The notes below the pieces were generated by a model. That model searched no databases. It was not told the DNA's origin and saw only the letters and a program-made list of their open reading frames with translations. This document shows, piece after piece, positions 1 to 11,582 of a stretch of DNA of 64,000 bases. The translations under genes were made by a program, and so were the position numbers. Numbering within the stretch: position 1 is the first letter of the stretch; each line of letters opens with the position of its first letter. Source of the DNA: Strigamia acuminata. Lineage: Eukaryota. The stretch spans positions 7,626,001-7,690,000 of the forward strand of contig OX442314.1 of the NCBI GenBank assembly GCA_949358305.1. The letters run 5' to 3'.

Positions 1-342
1 CGTAAGCTTCGACAGGCTGTAGAAGCATCGTCTAAACCCGTGGAGAATCCTCCAGCGGCCGTAACCGACGTGTCCAGCGCCCCTCCAGCGTCTAAGTCCA
101 AGACTTCGGACGACGCTCAGTTTGAGGACGCCGAAAAGCTGCTTTCCGTCGTTGATTTCGTGGCTGAGCTTCTCGACGACATGCCGTTTCCGCCTCCGAG
201 TCCGGAAGAGATTGAAGCGCCGGAGGAAGTTGTGTTTTCCGCCGTCTCGACAGAGGCGACTGAAGAATCTGATTTTCTGACTTCTGCTGAAGTCGAGAAG
301 AAGGAAGAGAAAGATTCGACTGATGTCGAAAAGAAGGAATAG
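1..342 (+). CDS. C-terminal part of family-B ORF3 (acidic tail), 5'-truncated by the window edge
   Basis: Frame 1 reads RKLRQAVEASSKPVENPP...DSTDVEKKE*, nearly identical to the C-terminus of the ORF at 53301-54821. Confidence 0.88.
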   Translation, partial: RKLRQAVEASSKPVENPPAAVTDVSSAPPASKSKTSDDAQFEDAEKLLSVVDFVAELLDDMPFPPPSPEEIEAPEEVVFSAVSTEATEESDFLTSAEVEKKEEKDSTDVEKKE

Positions 343-1078
343 AAAGGGACAAAAACATTAACATTCGTTATTTTTTCCGAGTGGAGATTTTTATGACTAA
401 AAATGCTCCAAGTGTTTGTTGTGTTTTTTCGCCATTACGAAATATTCCCACGAGTATTGTGTTTGTTTGTTTCAAGATTTTGAACTAATCATTAAATACT
501 CGAACGAGTATAGTTTAATTTTAAAATTGGATTCAATTTAATTCGTTTTGTGTTTTCCGAATTCAATTTGGGTGTTTATTTCAGCTAATCATATTAATAT
601 ATGTTTGTTTGATTTATTTGCGAATTTCATAATTATTTGTGGAAATTGTGTTTGTTTTGCTTTGTTCAAAGTGTTGAAGAATTTCAAGTTGAAATTCAAT
701 AATTTTTATGACAATCGTAATAAAAATTAGTAGTTTAGATTTTCGATAAATAAAATTTTGCATAAGTTTATTTTTATTGATTATCTTGTTGATTAATAAG
801 CTAGGAAAGAAGTTTATTTGATGGAGAAAATAAAATTTCTATCGAAATTAGTTTTCTCGAACATGTATCCATGTTCGGACGAGTTCATTTCCGTCGCTTA
901 GCAACCGGGAGTTGCGCAGTACAGGGAAGCCGATTAGTCTAATCGGGTGACGAAGTTTCTGAAAGAAATAACGTGATTAAGTTTAATAAAATACTTACCC
1001 AGTGGATTAATTCGATAGAATTAGGTGAAGAATGACAATTAAAGAGTTAGTAAACTCTATGCTTGTCACCGGGGGATG

Positions 1079-2819
1079 TGTGATGATTACAAATCCGTAT
1101 TTATCAATGTTCACAATAGATGGCGCTGTTTACCAAACGCGCGTAATTCAAACTCGATAAAACTAAAAAGTGTGATAAATAATTATTTAGACACGGTGAA
1201 TAAAATATAACTATTTTATTCGACATAAACTAAGTATTAATTACTTGATGATGTTGATTCTGTTGAATCAATATCCACGCTACTTACCTGTCGAAGGGAA
1301 CCAACTGGACCCTTCCGGACCCCAACTGGGCCCATCTGGACATAGTCATATATTAGGTCCGGACTAGTGACCCACGAATCCGCCGATTCGTATGCTGATT
1401 GGCTGTCGCCAATCTAGTAGTTCTACAGAACTATATAAGCATCAGTTTTCACCCAGTAATCCCCCTGGTTTGATAACTGTAAATGTCTGTAATTGAATTG
1501 TTGTTATCGTTTGATTTCACTTTCTTATCGACACATCAGGCCACCTCAGCTCTCCACAATCAGTATTCATTACTATTGTTATTGTTGTTGTAGGGCCTTT
1601 TCGGGAAGGCTAACTCCGGTAATAGACAGGTTTCACACATGAAATGGCCCCGTAACGTTAGCCAGCTGTTCTACGGGACAGTAGGATTTCGTACGGTGGC
1701 TTAATATAACGGTCGTATACAGTACGACCTTGCTAAATGAAAGTAGGTCCCTCAGCTAACTGGCCTCAGTCCGCTGTAGGATGGCTGTTGTAAACAGCCC
1801 TCGCAGGTTCCCGTCTTTCTACGATTGGTCCTTCCGCTCGTTAAAAGTCGGTAAAGGCCTAATGCACAGGTGACACGCCGGGTTGGTAGCCCGTGAGTAA
1901 TATCTTCAAGATGTTGCGATAAACAACTACCTGGATAATGGTAATCCAACGGCAGTGGCCAAGTAATATTTTACCCGGTGCTCGATCAGTGGATCCCGTC
2001 ATCGTAAGGCATGCTGGCGGATGGAGGAGTCAAATCCTCCCGCGATGGTTCTCTCGACTGTCGTGACGGTCCCCGCCCCATTGTACCCTCCGGGTTAGTA
2101 ACCCGTGAATGATATATAAAATATATCGTGTTAAACAAATTACTCGGGCATTGGTAATCCTGTATTGGCAATATCTTTTAAACCCGGTAAGTCCATAGAA
2201 ATGTTTACCTGGTGGTTGGTACCACCGATAGCGAGTTAAAGCACACAATTAAATACTCGGCGCCTGATCACGAGATCTTGTCGTCGTAAGGCATGCTGGC
2301 GGATGGAGTCTCAACAACTCCCGCGACGTTCTCTCAATTGTCGTGACGGTCCCCGCCCAATTAATATTTATACAACAATTCATTTGTTGTATTCCACTAA
2401 TTACTTTACTTTTATTCACTTGGAACATGGAATATTCTGCTGAATATTCCTACTTATGCGAAGGACTCTTCGCATTATTAGATACTCGAGCTGCGGACCA
2501 AATACGTCTCCGTAGCGATATTTGTGACGATGCCGCAAGTCAGCCGTATCCCTTTGGCTTCGCCCGGATCCTCAACCAGTTGATGCCGCCCGTTTACACG
2601 CGTCAAGAACCCATCTTTGTTATTGTTAATATTTAATAATAAATATGTTATGTCACACGAAAACTGTAAGTTATTTCTACTTGATCACATATTCATGTTT
2701 GTAAAGACTTCCGTAGCTTATCTCGGTTAGGTTGTTGCTAAACTTAGCAACGTCTTGTATAAACCGAATTATCTATCTCAAAAGGACTAATAAATTAGCC
2801 CAAAAGTAGAATCGTCACA
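1079..2819 (+). repeat. Family-B LTR (3' LTR of B1, 1741 bp)
   Basis: TGTGA...TCACA termini, with boundaries fixed by the TSD-flanked solo copy at 36516-38267. Confidence 0.93.
1397..1438 (+). promoter_or_regulatory. LTR core promoter: inverted CCAAT pair (GATTGG..CCAATC) and TATA box TATATAA
   Basis: Motifs retained in all three complete family-B LTR copies. Confidence 0.55.
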
Positions 2820-2900
2820 TACTGTATGCATATGTATGTGTTGCAAACAGAATAAAACCGGAATTGAGATGTGTCTCTGTGTGTGTCTGAATTAACTTAC

Positions 2901-3010
2901 CTGCAGTTAACGTTTTGAAATAGATTGTTTTGGATGCAAGCATTTTTACACTTGAGATAAGCACTTTTGTTTTGCTCACATGGATGTTTCTTTGTATTTC
3001 TTCGTGTAGT
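2901..3010 (-). CDS. DEG/ENaC exon: Cys-rich thumb segment of subunit repeat 2
   Basis: ag|TTRRNTKKHPCEQNKSAYLKCKNACIQNNLFQNVNCR|gtaagt; same phase-2 junction as the repeat-1 exon ending at 8265. Confidence 0.65.
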
Positions 3011-3344
3011 CTATTTTATAAAATCAAAATAAGTTAGAAGGAAAGCATGTAAGTATCGTTTGTTTAATTTATTGCCTTAAGTGCTCGAAGTGTCACTAAG
3101 TTCCACCAATCATACTTTAAAGTCAATGGTGCCAAAATGTTAACGTCGTCATCCAGATTATTTAGGAAAATCTAAATATTATTATTATTATTCACAATGT
3201 GTAGAGTATTTATCCATAATTGATAAAATGTTCTTTGATTAATCTTTGCATTTAATTACTCCATTGTAGTGTTGAATGCAATAAATAATAAATAAATAGT
3301 ACCTTCAGATCCTGTTCACATGGATCGTACGGAAATTCATTATA

Positions 3345-4253
3345 CAGGGTGGAACAAAAGTCTGTTCCCCTCAAATATTTCCTGAGCAATTGCATCTAGG
3401 CCAACTTTGATGAAGCAATCATATAGGAAGTTGGGTGAGAGCAATCCAATGACGTCATCAAATTTGACTTTGAAAGCCATTTTCAAGGTCATTCACTTGC
3501 TAACTTCTAAACCAATCAGGTTAGAGCAAAAAAGTCAATTACAAAGTTGTAGAGCACCATCAAATTAGTACTATCCAATTTATTTTAGTCATTTTATGTT
3601 AACTGTTTTCTTTTTAAAAAGGGGGCAAATCAGCTGAAATAAAGCCAGCCATTGTGACAAAACTTAAATTTCTATTACAAAAATACTGAATTACTTAAAT
3701 AAACGTATCCAAATGTGCATTATTATGCAAGTAAACAAGAAAAACCACTAGGTGCATTCAAAAACTCTAAAACGCCTCTAAAACTCATTTCGGGTTTGTA
3801 CGTGTAACGTTATTCCCATGTTATTTAATGGGAATGACGTTACACGTACAAACACAAAACGAGTTTTAGAGGCGTTTTAGAGTTTTTGAATGCACCTACT
3901 GCCTTTTTTTAATGCCTCGATAATTATCACAAGATAAAAAAAATTTCACTTTGCTGATTTTTTTCTGATTTGTCTCCTTTTTAAAAAGAAAACATTTAAC
4001 TTAAGATGACTAAGATAAGTTGGATAGTACTAATTTGCTGGTGCTCTACAACTTTGTAATTGACTTTTTTGCTCTAACCTGATTGGTTTAGAAGTTAGCA
4101 AGTGAATGACCTTGAAAATGGCCTTCAAGGTCAAATTTGATGACATCATTAAATTGCTCTCTGCCAACTTCCTATACATTCGCTTCATCAAAGTTGGCCT
4201 AGATGCAATTGCTCAGGAAATATTTGAGGGGAACAGACTTTTGTTCCACCCTG
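3345..4253. mobile_element. Tc1/mariner-type foldback MITE
   Basis: TIR CAGGGTGGAACAAAAGTCTG; nearly the whole element is an inverted repeat; TA at both sides (3343-44, 4254-55). Confidence 0.9.
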
Positions 4254-4689
4254 TATAATGTAATGTAAAGGTAAGCATTTAGGTCCTTTGATTTTTCTAA
4301 AAAATATTGGAAAGGTCAGTTGCAAATATATGTTCAAAAATTGTCCATATTTTTAATTCCTTAGATATCATCTATTATAAGATGCGCCCTGCTTTCAAAG
4401 ATGTTTACATGGAGACAAAAGTGCATCTTAGAATCGATGAAATAAGGTAATGCTGTTAATAAATGCCAGAATGAAAACTCAGGGTGAAGCTGGGTAGTAA
4501 AGAGTGAAAATAATAAAATCTAACACTAAATTGAATGCAAAAGCACATTATAATTACCTGTGTTAATTCGTGAACAATTACCAAAAGGAAGTGGAATAGG
4601 ATGTTTTGATATATTTAAATCTATTTTATATCCATAAAACATCTACAAAAACAAAAATTTTAACTGTTGTCTTTGTTTCTGGAATACAT

Positions 4690-5244
4690 CATTAGTGAGT
4701 TTGCGGTTGCCAATTGTTCCTTATAATTATGAGTTATAAGCTCATAATTATAATTATAATTCCTTCTTGAAATAGGCACTTGCGGTACAATAAATATTTT
4801 ATAAATTATACTTATAAACACCATGTGAACAGTACAAATCTCTTGCATGTAATGGTAGAACAAATCCATATGCAAAAGAAAATGAAAATCTGTAGTTTTA
4901 CTAATTTGACAGTTTTCAGACATGAAATTGTCTTCCAGTTCATTTATTTGCTTACCTGGAATGATTTTAGTTGTTTCTATCCTTCGATGGCAGAAAGAAA
5001 TTGTGATTGAGGCTGATTGTTGAAACAGGTCAGGCAGCCATTTTGAATTTCTATTAGCACCATCAGCGCCATTTGCAATAGTGGGAGGAGCTTAAAATAG
5101 TGTTAAGCGATCTGATTGGCTCCCTTATTTTACAAAATAGTGTAAAAATTGAGGAGTTACGTTATGTTATAAGTCCAATTTTATAATTATGAGCTTGTAA
5201 CTCATAATTATAAGGAACAATTGGCAACCGCAAACTCACTATTG
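4690..5244. mobile_element. ~555-bp non-autonomous TIR element (copy 1)
   Basis: TIR (CAT)TAGTGAGTTTGCGGTTGCCAATTGTTCCTTATAATTATGAG; second copy at 46594-47150; TSD not resolved. Confidence 0.85.
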
Positions 5245-5423
5245 TCTTCCACCAATAATAACACTAAGGTGTTATATTTAAATTTTTATGAAAATATTTT
5301 AAACGTACAGTACTTGTAATATTGGATGAATAAAAGACCATGGTCTTGTAGTCAAATACAACCCCAGGGTGGAGTTATATTCGAATACAACATTTACGGT
5401 GGAAGACGGCAGTACAGACATAC

Positions 5424-6207
5424 CTCATTCTTAATATTAATTGTGTCGTGGACATTGAGTGCTGCCCAGATTTCTTCTAAGGACAATTCGTTGCTGAACA
5501 ATTGCCAGGGCGATATTTCCTTGCAAGTTTTGTTGGTTTGTTTCAATAAGTGTGATCTGGCTTCGTCCATGGCATCATTTTGATTTTCACCACAGACCGT
5601 GACTGACTGATATTCAGTGTAGCGACGTTGAACTATTCTAACAATTGTTGTTACCGGTTCATCAATGTAGTAGTCGATACGAATTTGCAACCAATATAAA
5701 GTGAATCCCGCAGTCACAAATACTAGCGCAAACTTAAACCTCTCACAGACTTTGTTTGTTTCGCTTTTCTCTTTGCTTGCAACGACTCTCTTCTTGCATT
5801 TTTCGTACAGAGGAAGAATTTTATTGACGGATGTTTTTCGATCAATGTTTGTTGCAACATAATATAAATACCCAGTAAGTTCAGGTAACGAAATTAATGC
5901 TAGGCCGAAAAACAGGCCAAGATTGCCTCCTAAATCTGACAGAAGAGCAATTGCGTCGTATGTGTATCGTTCTACATACACGCTAATTTTCTCATTAGCA
6001 ATTGCTAGAGATACAGATATAGTATGTTTATCTTCTGTTGTGCCTATTTCAGTGGAAGGTGTAAAGGTTGTTTGATGACATGGACGTCGACAGAGACAAA
6101 CAGTAGTGGGATATGTGGTTTGAATCAATTGCTTTGCAGCAACATGATGCTTGTATATTTCCTCCGAACATTTGCAAAGTGGTAAATCGATCTTCATGAA
6201 GGGAAAT
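5424..6207 (-). CDS. DEG/ENaC exon spanning TM2 of repeat 1, the linker and TM1 of repeat 2
   Basis: Part of ORF 5394-6197: C.C..PC motif, YDAIALLSDLGGNLGLFFG, then FKFALVFVTAGFTLYWLQIRIDYYIDEPVTT with no stop. Acceptor at 6208; probable donor GTATGT at 5423. Confidence 0.82.
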
Positions 6208-6319
6208 CTTTAATGGAAAATTTGTAATCATTATTTTTTTATGTAGAAGTTTCCACTAAGCGAAAAGCAACAATTATGGAAATGGAAATGACGTCGAGAA
6301 CGGAAATTACGTAGAATAC

Positions 6320-7905
6320 GGAAATGACGTAGGGAAAAAATGGAAATAACGTAGGGTGGGATGTTTTCTCCACACTGCTTACTTCTGTAATCGGTCATTT
6401 TCATATGAAGCTGACTGCTACATCAGTGCCCCCTATCTTAATAAATTCTCTTTTATGCTAACTAGCTTTCCAAGATAGCTGTATGTTAATTACCTCCATT
6501 CGAGCATTTTACAAGAAGTTCCAGAAGCACAATAAGTGAAATAACTATTATTCTCATTACATTCGCCCCCCATCGCCCGCGTCGTCAGTCCCGCCCCAAG
6601 CCGTGGTGGACGACCAAACTGACCTCTCTTCAGCACGCAAAGACCCACCTCTTCCTCAACTGCCAGTTAGATACCACCGGCAAGTACACCATCGCTTGCC
6701 GTCACTACAAAGCCATGGTGAGGCGCAATAAATGTCTGGCTGTCTTGGCTTCCATTAATTTCTGGCGTCTTGTCAAACCCTCCTCCACTACTCTTCCTAA
6801 CTTTCCTGCCAGCCCCCTCCTTCTTCGCCCATTTCATAAATAACCCCCCTCGACATGTTGGGTTCCAACCACCGCACTTCCCCGCCCCCACTTTCCTCAA
6901 TTTGTCCTATATTAGCCCAACTGACATCGTCTTCGTCGCCAGTCACACTAACCTCAAGTTCCACCATTCCCATGACTCGCTCCCTGGCATTGCCATTAAA
7001 AACCTTTTGCCTGCCATTCTCCTCCCTCTCTCCAATATCTTTTATAATATCATTGACACCGCTCTCTACTCCTTGATGTGAAAACATGCCGTCATCATCC
7101 CCATCCACAAGGGTGGCGTCTCGAATTTCCGCCCTATCCCCTCCTTGCCCCTCTTATGCAAGCTCGCTAACCACTGCATTCTAATGCAAGTCCACCCCAC
7201 CCTCGCCAAGTCCTTCCCCCCAACCAGTTTGGCTCCCTTCCCGGCTCTAACGCCCTGCGTCTTATCTTCTCCCTTTACTTCGACATTGTTGATGGTTGTG
7301 ATCGCAATCATCACCATCACCTCGCGAAGACTAATGTTTCCAAGGCCTTTGACTCCCCCCTCACAGCTACGTTCTTAACTCCTTGGTCAACCACTCTATT
7401 GGCCCCACCCCTCTTCAGTGACAGGCCCCTTGTTCTACAAATCCCTGTCTTGTCCCATCCTTGACCTTCCGCTTCAATCCCTCATCCACTCGTACGTGGA
7501 TGACAATTTCCTTCCCCTGACCACCGCCTCCTGACCCTTTTTCCGCCAACCTGTCCTTCCTCTCTGACTGGTATGCATGTCACGACATGTCCCTGAATCA
7601 AGGCAAGACAAACATCATCTCCTTCAGCCGCCCCCGTGCTAGAGTCCCCTTCCCCTCCCAATCCATTACCGTCTTGGGTTTGGTTCTCGACCCCCACGTT
7701 TCCGTTGCCCTCCATATTTTCAAAACCAGAAACAGAAATGACGTAGGGAACAAACGGAAATAACTTAGGATGGGGTGTTTTTTCCAAATTGCTTACTACT
7801 CCTACAATCAGTGATTTTCATACAACGCTGACCGCTACATTAGCGCCCCTGTTAATCAATTCGCTTTTACGTAAACTGACTTTACAAGATGGCTGTATGT
7901 TAATT
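6320..7905 (+). repeat. Diverged ~170-bp direct repeats (6320-6491 and 7735-7905) flanking the LINE relic
   Basis: Shared GAAATGACGTAGGGA...GGAAATAAC...GCTGAC.GCTACAT.AG.GCCCC...GCTGTATGTTAATT. Confidence 0.6.
6560..7720 (+). pseudogene. Degenerate non-LTR (LINE, CR1-like) reverse transcriptase fragment in an intron
   Basis: C-rich; broken frames give IIPIHKGGVSNFRPIPSL and NVSKAFDS (LINE RT motifs PIxK, YRPIS, DxSKAFD). Boundaries approximate. Confidence 0.7.
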
Positions 7906-8917
7906 TCCCCCTAGGGAATGGAAAGTCAAACAAAAAACCAACAAACAAGGTGATTTAACATGTGCAGCGGCGCTGTCTGTTGACGACACAATACAATCCA
8001 ACACAATAAAAACTCAAAGTGTGCGTAATAACATGAAAACTTTGTGGCAGTTGGAACTTTATAACTTCCCGCAACAAATAACTTACTTCTCCCATCGTAA
8101 ATCAATACTCACAGCAAATACGAACAACAATAAAACCTGAAATCACACTCACAACTTCCACAACTTCATCTAAATACACAACCCAAACATTCCTTCATCT
8201 CAGGACGTAGTTGTACGTTTGGCAGAAGGGACCCTGCCCCTTTGCAATTTTTTCGATTTCTTACCTGCACGTTAGATGCTTCTTAAATTTCTTCAATAGA
8301 CACCTCCGATAGCATTCTCTGTATTCGTCTTCACTGGAGCATTCATTTATAGGTGAATTTAGAAAAATGAACTAAAATTTTTGATAAAAAATAAGGTAAT
8401 GCATAGAAACTTTCGTTCTTACTTTGTTATAACTCAAATAAACTTTTTGATAAAATATTACTTTGTTATAGCTCAAATAAACTTTTGTTGTTCCACCTGG
8501 ATATTGTTGTCCCACCGCGAAATATTTTCCAAAATCGTAGAAATGAATATTAAGCTAAGGGAAAAGGAAAGAAAAGTAGACAACAATTATTTTTGAAATT
8601 TATTAAAATTACTGCGTATTGCGATGCAGGGCATATGTCATCATAATTTGTATCTATTTTAACTGTTACGACTTGTCCAACAAATGATTCGCTAGATGCC
8701 TTAGCTACAAATAAATAAATAATAAAGTGCATTGAAGTTAATAGTGATAAATTTTTTATTGTACTTACGAAATTGAATTGATGAGCATATTCCAGCATGA
8801 TTGACCATTTCTGTCAGAACAAATGTTTTGTTTGAATTAGAATATCCCTATGCAAAATAAAGAGATTTAAATAATTTTTTTAAACTCATTAAAAATTACT
8901 TCATTCCAACGTTTTAC

Positions 8918-9379
8918 TTTTGTTTTTATGCTTACTACTTCTTTCGTCAAATTACTCGCTTCCCAAATGTCCTCTAGATTGTAAGTTGGGATTTCCATCA
9001 GTTTGTTTACCAGGTTATTGCAAACAAAATGTGATGGTTGGGATTTTGAGTAAGTTTTATTCCAAAGTCTCGACATTTCTTTTGTATTGCTACTACATAT
9101 CATCAAATTTGGTAAAACGACCTCTTCCGATCTACTCGTTACATCAACAACTGTAGGATAATTTAAGTAATGCATTATCCTATCGTAAATCTGATAAGAG
9201 AGCATGCACGTGCAAAACAAGAATAAAAGTAGCCAAAAGGTGTGACGCTTTGTCCAATGTTTTCTATTGCTTATCAAATCATCCAATCCAACTAAGTTGC
9301 ATCGAAGTTTATTTGCATCATCCTTCAACAATCGATGAATTGCCGGACGTAGTTTCCTCGCCAAATTATTACTCTGCAT
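8918..9379 (-). CDS. DEG/ENaC first coding exon (N-terminus, TM1, start of extracellular loop)
   Basis: ORF 8867-9388; ATG at 9379; TM1 FWLLLFLFCTCMLSYQI, YPT and LPNLMIC motifs. Donor position uncertain (8917 or 8899). Confidence 0.82.
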
Positions 9380-10683
9380 TGTATCCAAGGTTTTTTCTGT
9401 AATGACAATTGATAAGTTTAAACAATATAATTATTGAATAGGATAAGTGTAGATGTTATTATCTTTTTACCTGCTTTTGGTGGTGTGAAAAGGGACCTCT
9501 ATAATACACGTTTCAATCAGTTCAATCTCTTCTGAGATTTGACGAGACTAATCAATTCCTTGGAAAATAACAATGATATGTGTTTATACCTATTATTGTT
9601 TTTCAATCATTCATTGGGTTTACGATAAATGTTACGTTCATTTCTTTATGTTTTAATAACTGTATTCGAATTTGCCAGGAATATGACATAGCGACATCTA
9701 TTGTTAGTGTCGCGCTTTGACAAATACGGTTTCTATTCCGTCACAACCTTTCTAATGGTGAATTGGTCAACATTAAAACCAATTCGCTATTAGAAAGGTC
9801 CAATTACATTTCCAATGGCGAATTTTCCTAAATTTACTATTGGAAACGTTTATTGGCAGGGACAATCACAATGATCCTGACAATCATTGTGGGAGGTTTT
9901 AAGACCTCCATCCGCCCCAGAGCCATAACGGTCGGATGAACGCGTGATCAAAGGTCGGGATTTGTTGCATGGGTTTGCCTTCCTGCGACAGCTTGTGTGT
10001 AAGCTGGTGTATTGACAGTGATAGATAGATATCAGCTGTCGAGCTTAGTAAAAGAATCAGAGAAACAAACAAAAAGCGTAGGTCTGGCCAAAAACCAGAC
10101 CTTATGTATGTTCCACAGAACACTAGGGATTAGTGACAGACAATTGGACATCAGAATCCCTAGATTCGCAGGTCTCTTTAGAGATTAGCGAATCCAGACG
10201 CGGCAGAAGACTAGGTTCAAAAGAGCCCAATTGGTAGTACTTCTTAACATGTAAGTATTCTTAGCTTTATATTGATTCAATGCCACTTGACACACAGTCA
10301 GACCGGTTCAGACGACATCATACACAGACCCATGGACACCAAAAAGACATGTATACTCTGTATTATTTTAGGGCTTTAGAGAATCCTTACAAGTTAGTAG
10401 CCGTATTAACTCAGTTTTAGCTGCATGCTGGTGTAGTGCGAGTTTTACCGGCATGCCAATAAACCTAGTTTTTACCGGCATGCCGGTGTGAATGCGAATT
10501 TTTATCAATAAGAAAGGAACCTAAACAAAGATACCATAAAAAGCATATTTCCATGTTCGAAATGTAAGAAATTGGCCTAAATTTCTATAAATGTATCCAG
10601 ATTTTAGTAATAATCTTTAGAATAATAAGAAAGTTTGAATTTCACGCCAAAATTCCAACATAGTTATTAATCCGGGCTGTTAT

Positions 10684-10687
<4 letters not shown>

Positions 10688-10734
<47 letters not shown>

Positions 10735-10735
10735 A
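10688..10735 (+). repeat. Poly(A) run
   Basis: ~48 nt of A with one G. Confidence 0.9.
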
Positions 10736-10942
10736 GAGCTGTTTCACTGATATCGACATGTTTCGCTCTATACCAGCATACGGGTATAGATTTTTTGGGC
10801 GAGATTTCTAAAACGTAATAAACCCATGCCCAACGGCGTGCAGCTACGTAAAAGCGGGATAATATGGCCAAATGTCGGCATTTGTTCATGTTTCGTTTAT
10901 TATTTTATACTGTATTGACTGGGATATTCCCACTCGTGAATA

Positions 10943-11066
10943 CAGGGCCGTTTCTACCTATGAGGCGAAGAGGCGGCCGCCAGGTGGCCATGCCGTGGTA
11001 AGTAACTTTACCAAGGCATGGCCACCTGGCGGCCGCCTCTTCGCCTCATAGGTCGAAACGGCCCTG
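10943..11066. mobile_element. 124-bp hAT-type palindromic MITE
   Basis: TIR CAGGGCCGTTTC; ~55-bp arms; 8-bp TSD (C/T)GTGAATA at 10935-10942 and 11067-11074. Confidence 0.85.
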
Positions 11067-11519
11067 TGTGAATATATATGGTATAAGCAAATTACCGCAA
11101 GAATAACGTTGACGATGGCTCAACAATGAATCAATATGTTTTTTAAAACTGGGTTTGCTTGATAAACAACTGAAAGACATGAAAATAATGTAATGTATAG
11201 TACTCACAAAAGCGGAAAAGAAACAGTTTCTTTACATGAAAACTGAAACGTTGCTAATAAATATGAGAGATGTCTCGTCTGTTATAAATAATGATTTAGT
11301 TACATAGCATGCCAGAGAAAATTGATTGTAAAACTAATTATCAAAATGAAAAATAATCACGTTCACTTTTAATGATATACGACAGTTCAAGACAACCGTA
11401 AATTCAATTATGGTAAGTAGACTTTACTATAGCAACCAAACAGAGAACAGTCTATTCTGAACTGACAAGGGGAGAGAACTAATAAGCTATTTTAAAATGT
11501 GATGGATCTGAGGCAGGAT

Positions 11520-11582
11520 TCCGATCCGCCCATGCCCCAAACCGTGGACAGTGTCCACGGTTTGGGGCATGGGCGGATCGGA
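11520..11582. repeat. Perfect 31-bp inverted repeat with a 1-nt spacer
   Basis: TCCGATCCGCCCATGCCCCAAACCGTGGACA-G-TGTCCACGGTTTGGGGCATGGGCGGATCGGA. Confidence 0.95.

Larger units (their letters stand above)
1..2819 (+). mobile_element. Ty3/gypsy LTR retrotransposon family B, copy B1 (3' end only: ORF3 tail, 3' UTR, PPT, 3' LTR)
   Basis: Closely matches the reverse complement of 50817-53640 (B2). PPT GGGGGA at 1071-1076; LTR TGTGATG...CGTCACA. Lies downstream of the DEG/ENaC splice donor at 2900, so probably intronic. Confidence 0.93.
2901..9379 (-). pseudogene. Multi-exon DEG/ENaC (pickpocket-like) amiloride-sensitive channel gene with two tandem subunit repeats; probably disrupted by a MITE in an exon; continues beyond the left edge
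   Basis: TM1 plus post-TM1 motif (FWLLLFLFCTC..YLNYPTVVDV..LPNLMIC); Cys-rich exon ending CR| at 8265 spliced to FPFMKIDLPLC at 6207; TM2 LSDLGGNLGLFFGLA; then a second TM1 (YYIDEPVTTIV..YQSVTVC) and a second Cys-rich exon at 2901-3010 ending CR|gtaagt. Confidence 0.75.

Noticed and set aside
2020..2060. HDV-like or hammerhead ribozyme in the family-B LTR motif
   Set aside because: An ATC-CTCCCGC-GAT P3/L3-like pattern appears in only some copies, and there is no CUGANGA/GAAA core.
1752..2636. Short ORFs recurring in LTR copies (also 15097-16099, 30656-31603, 37088-37583, 51007-51882)
   Set aside because: They recur only because the LTRs are repeated; many use non-ATG starts and none has a recognisable motif.
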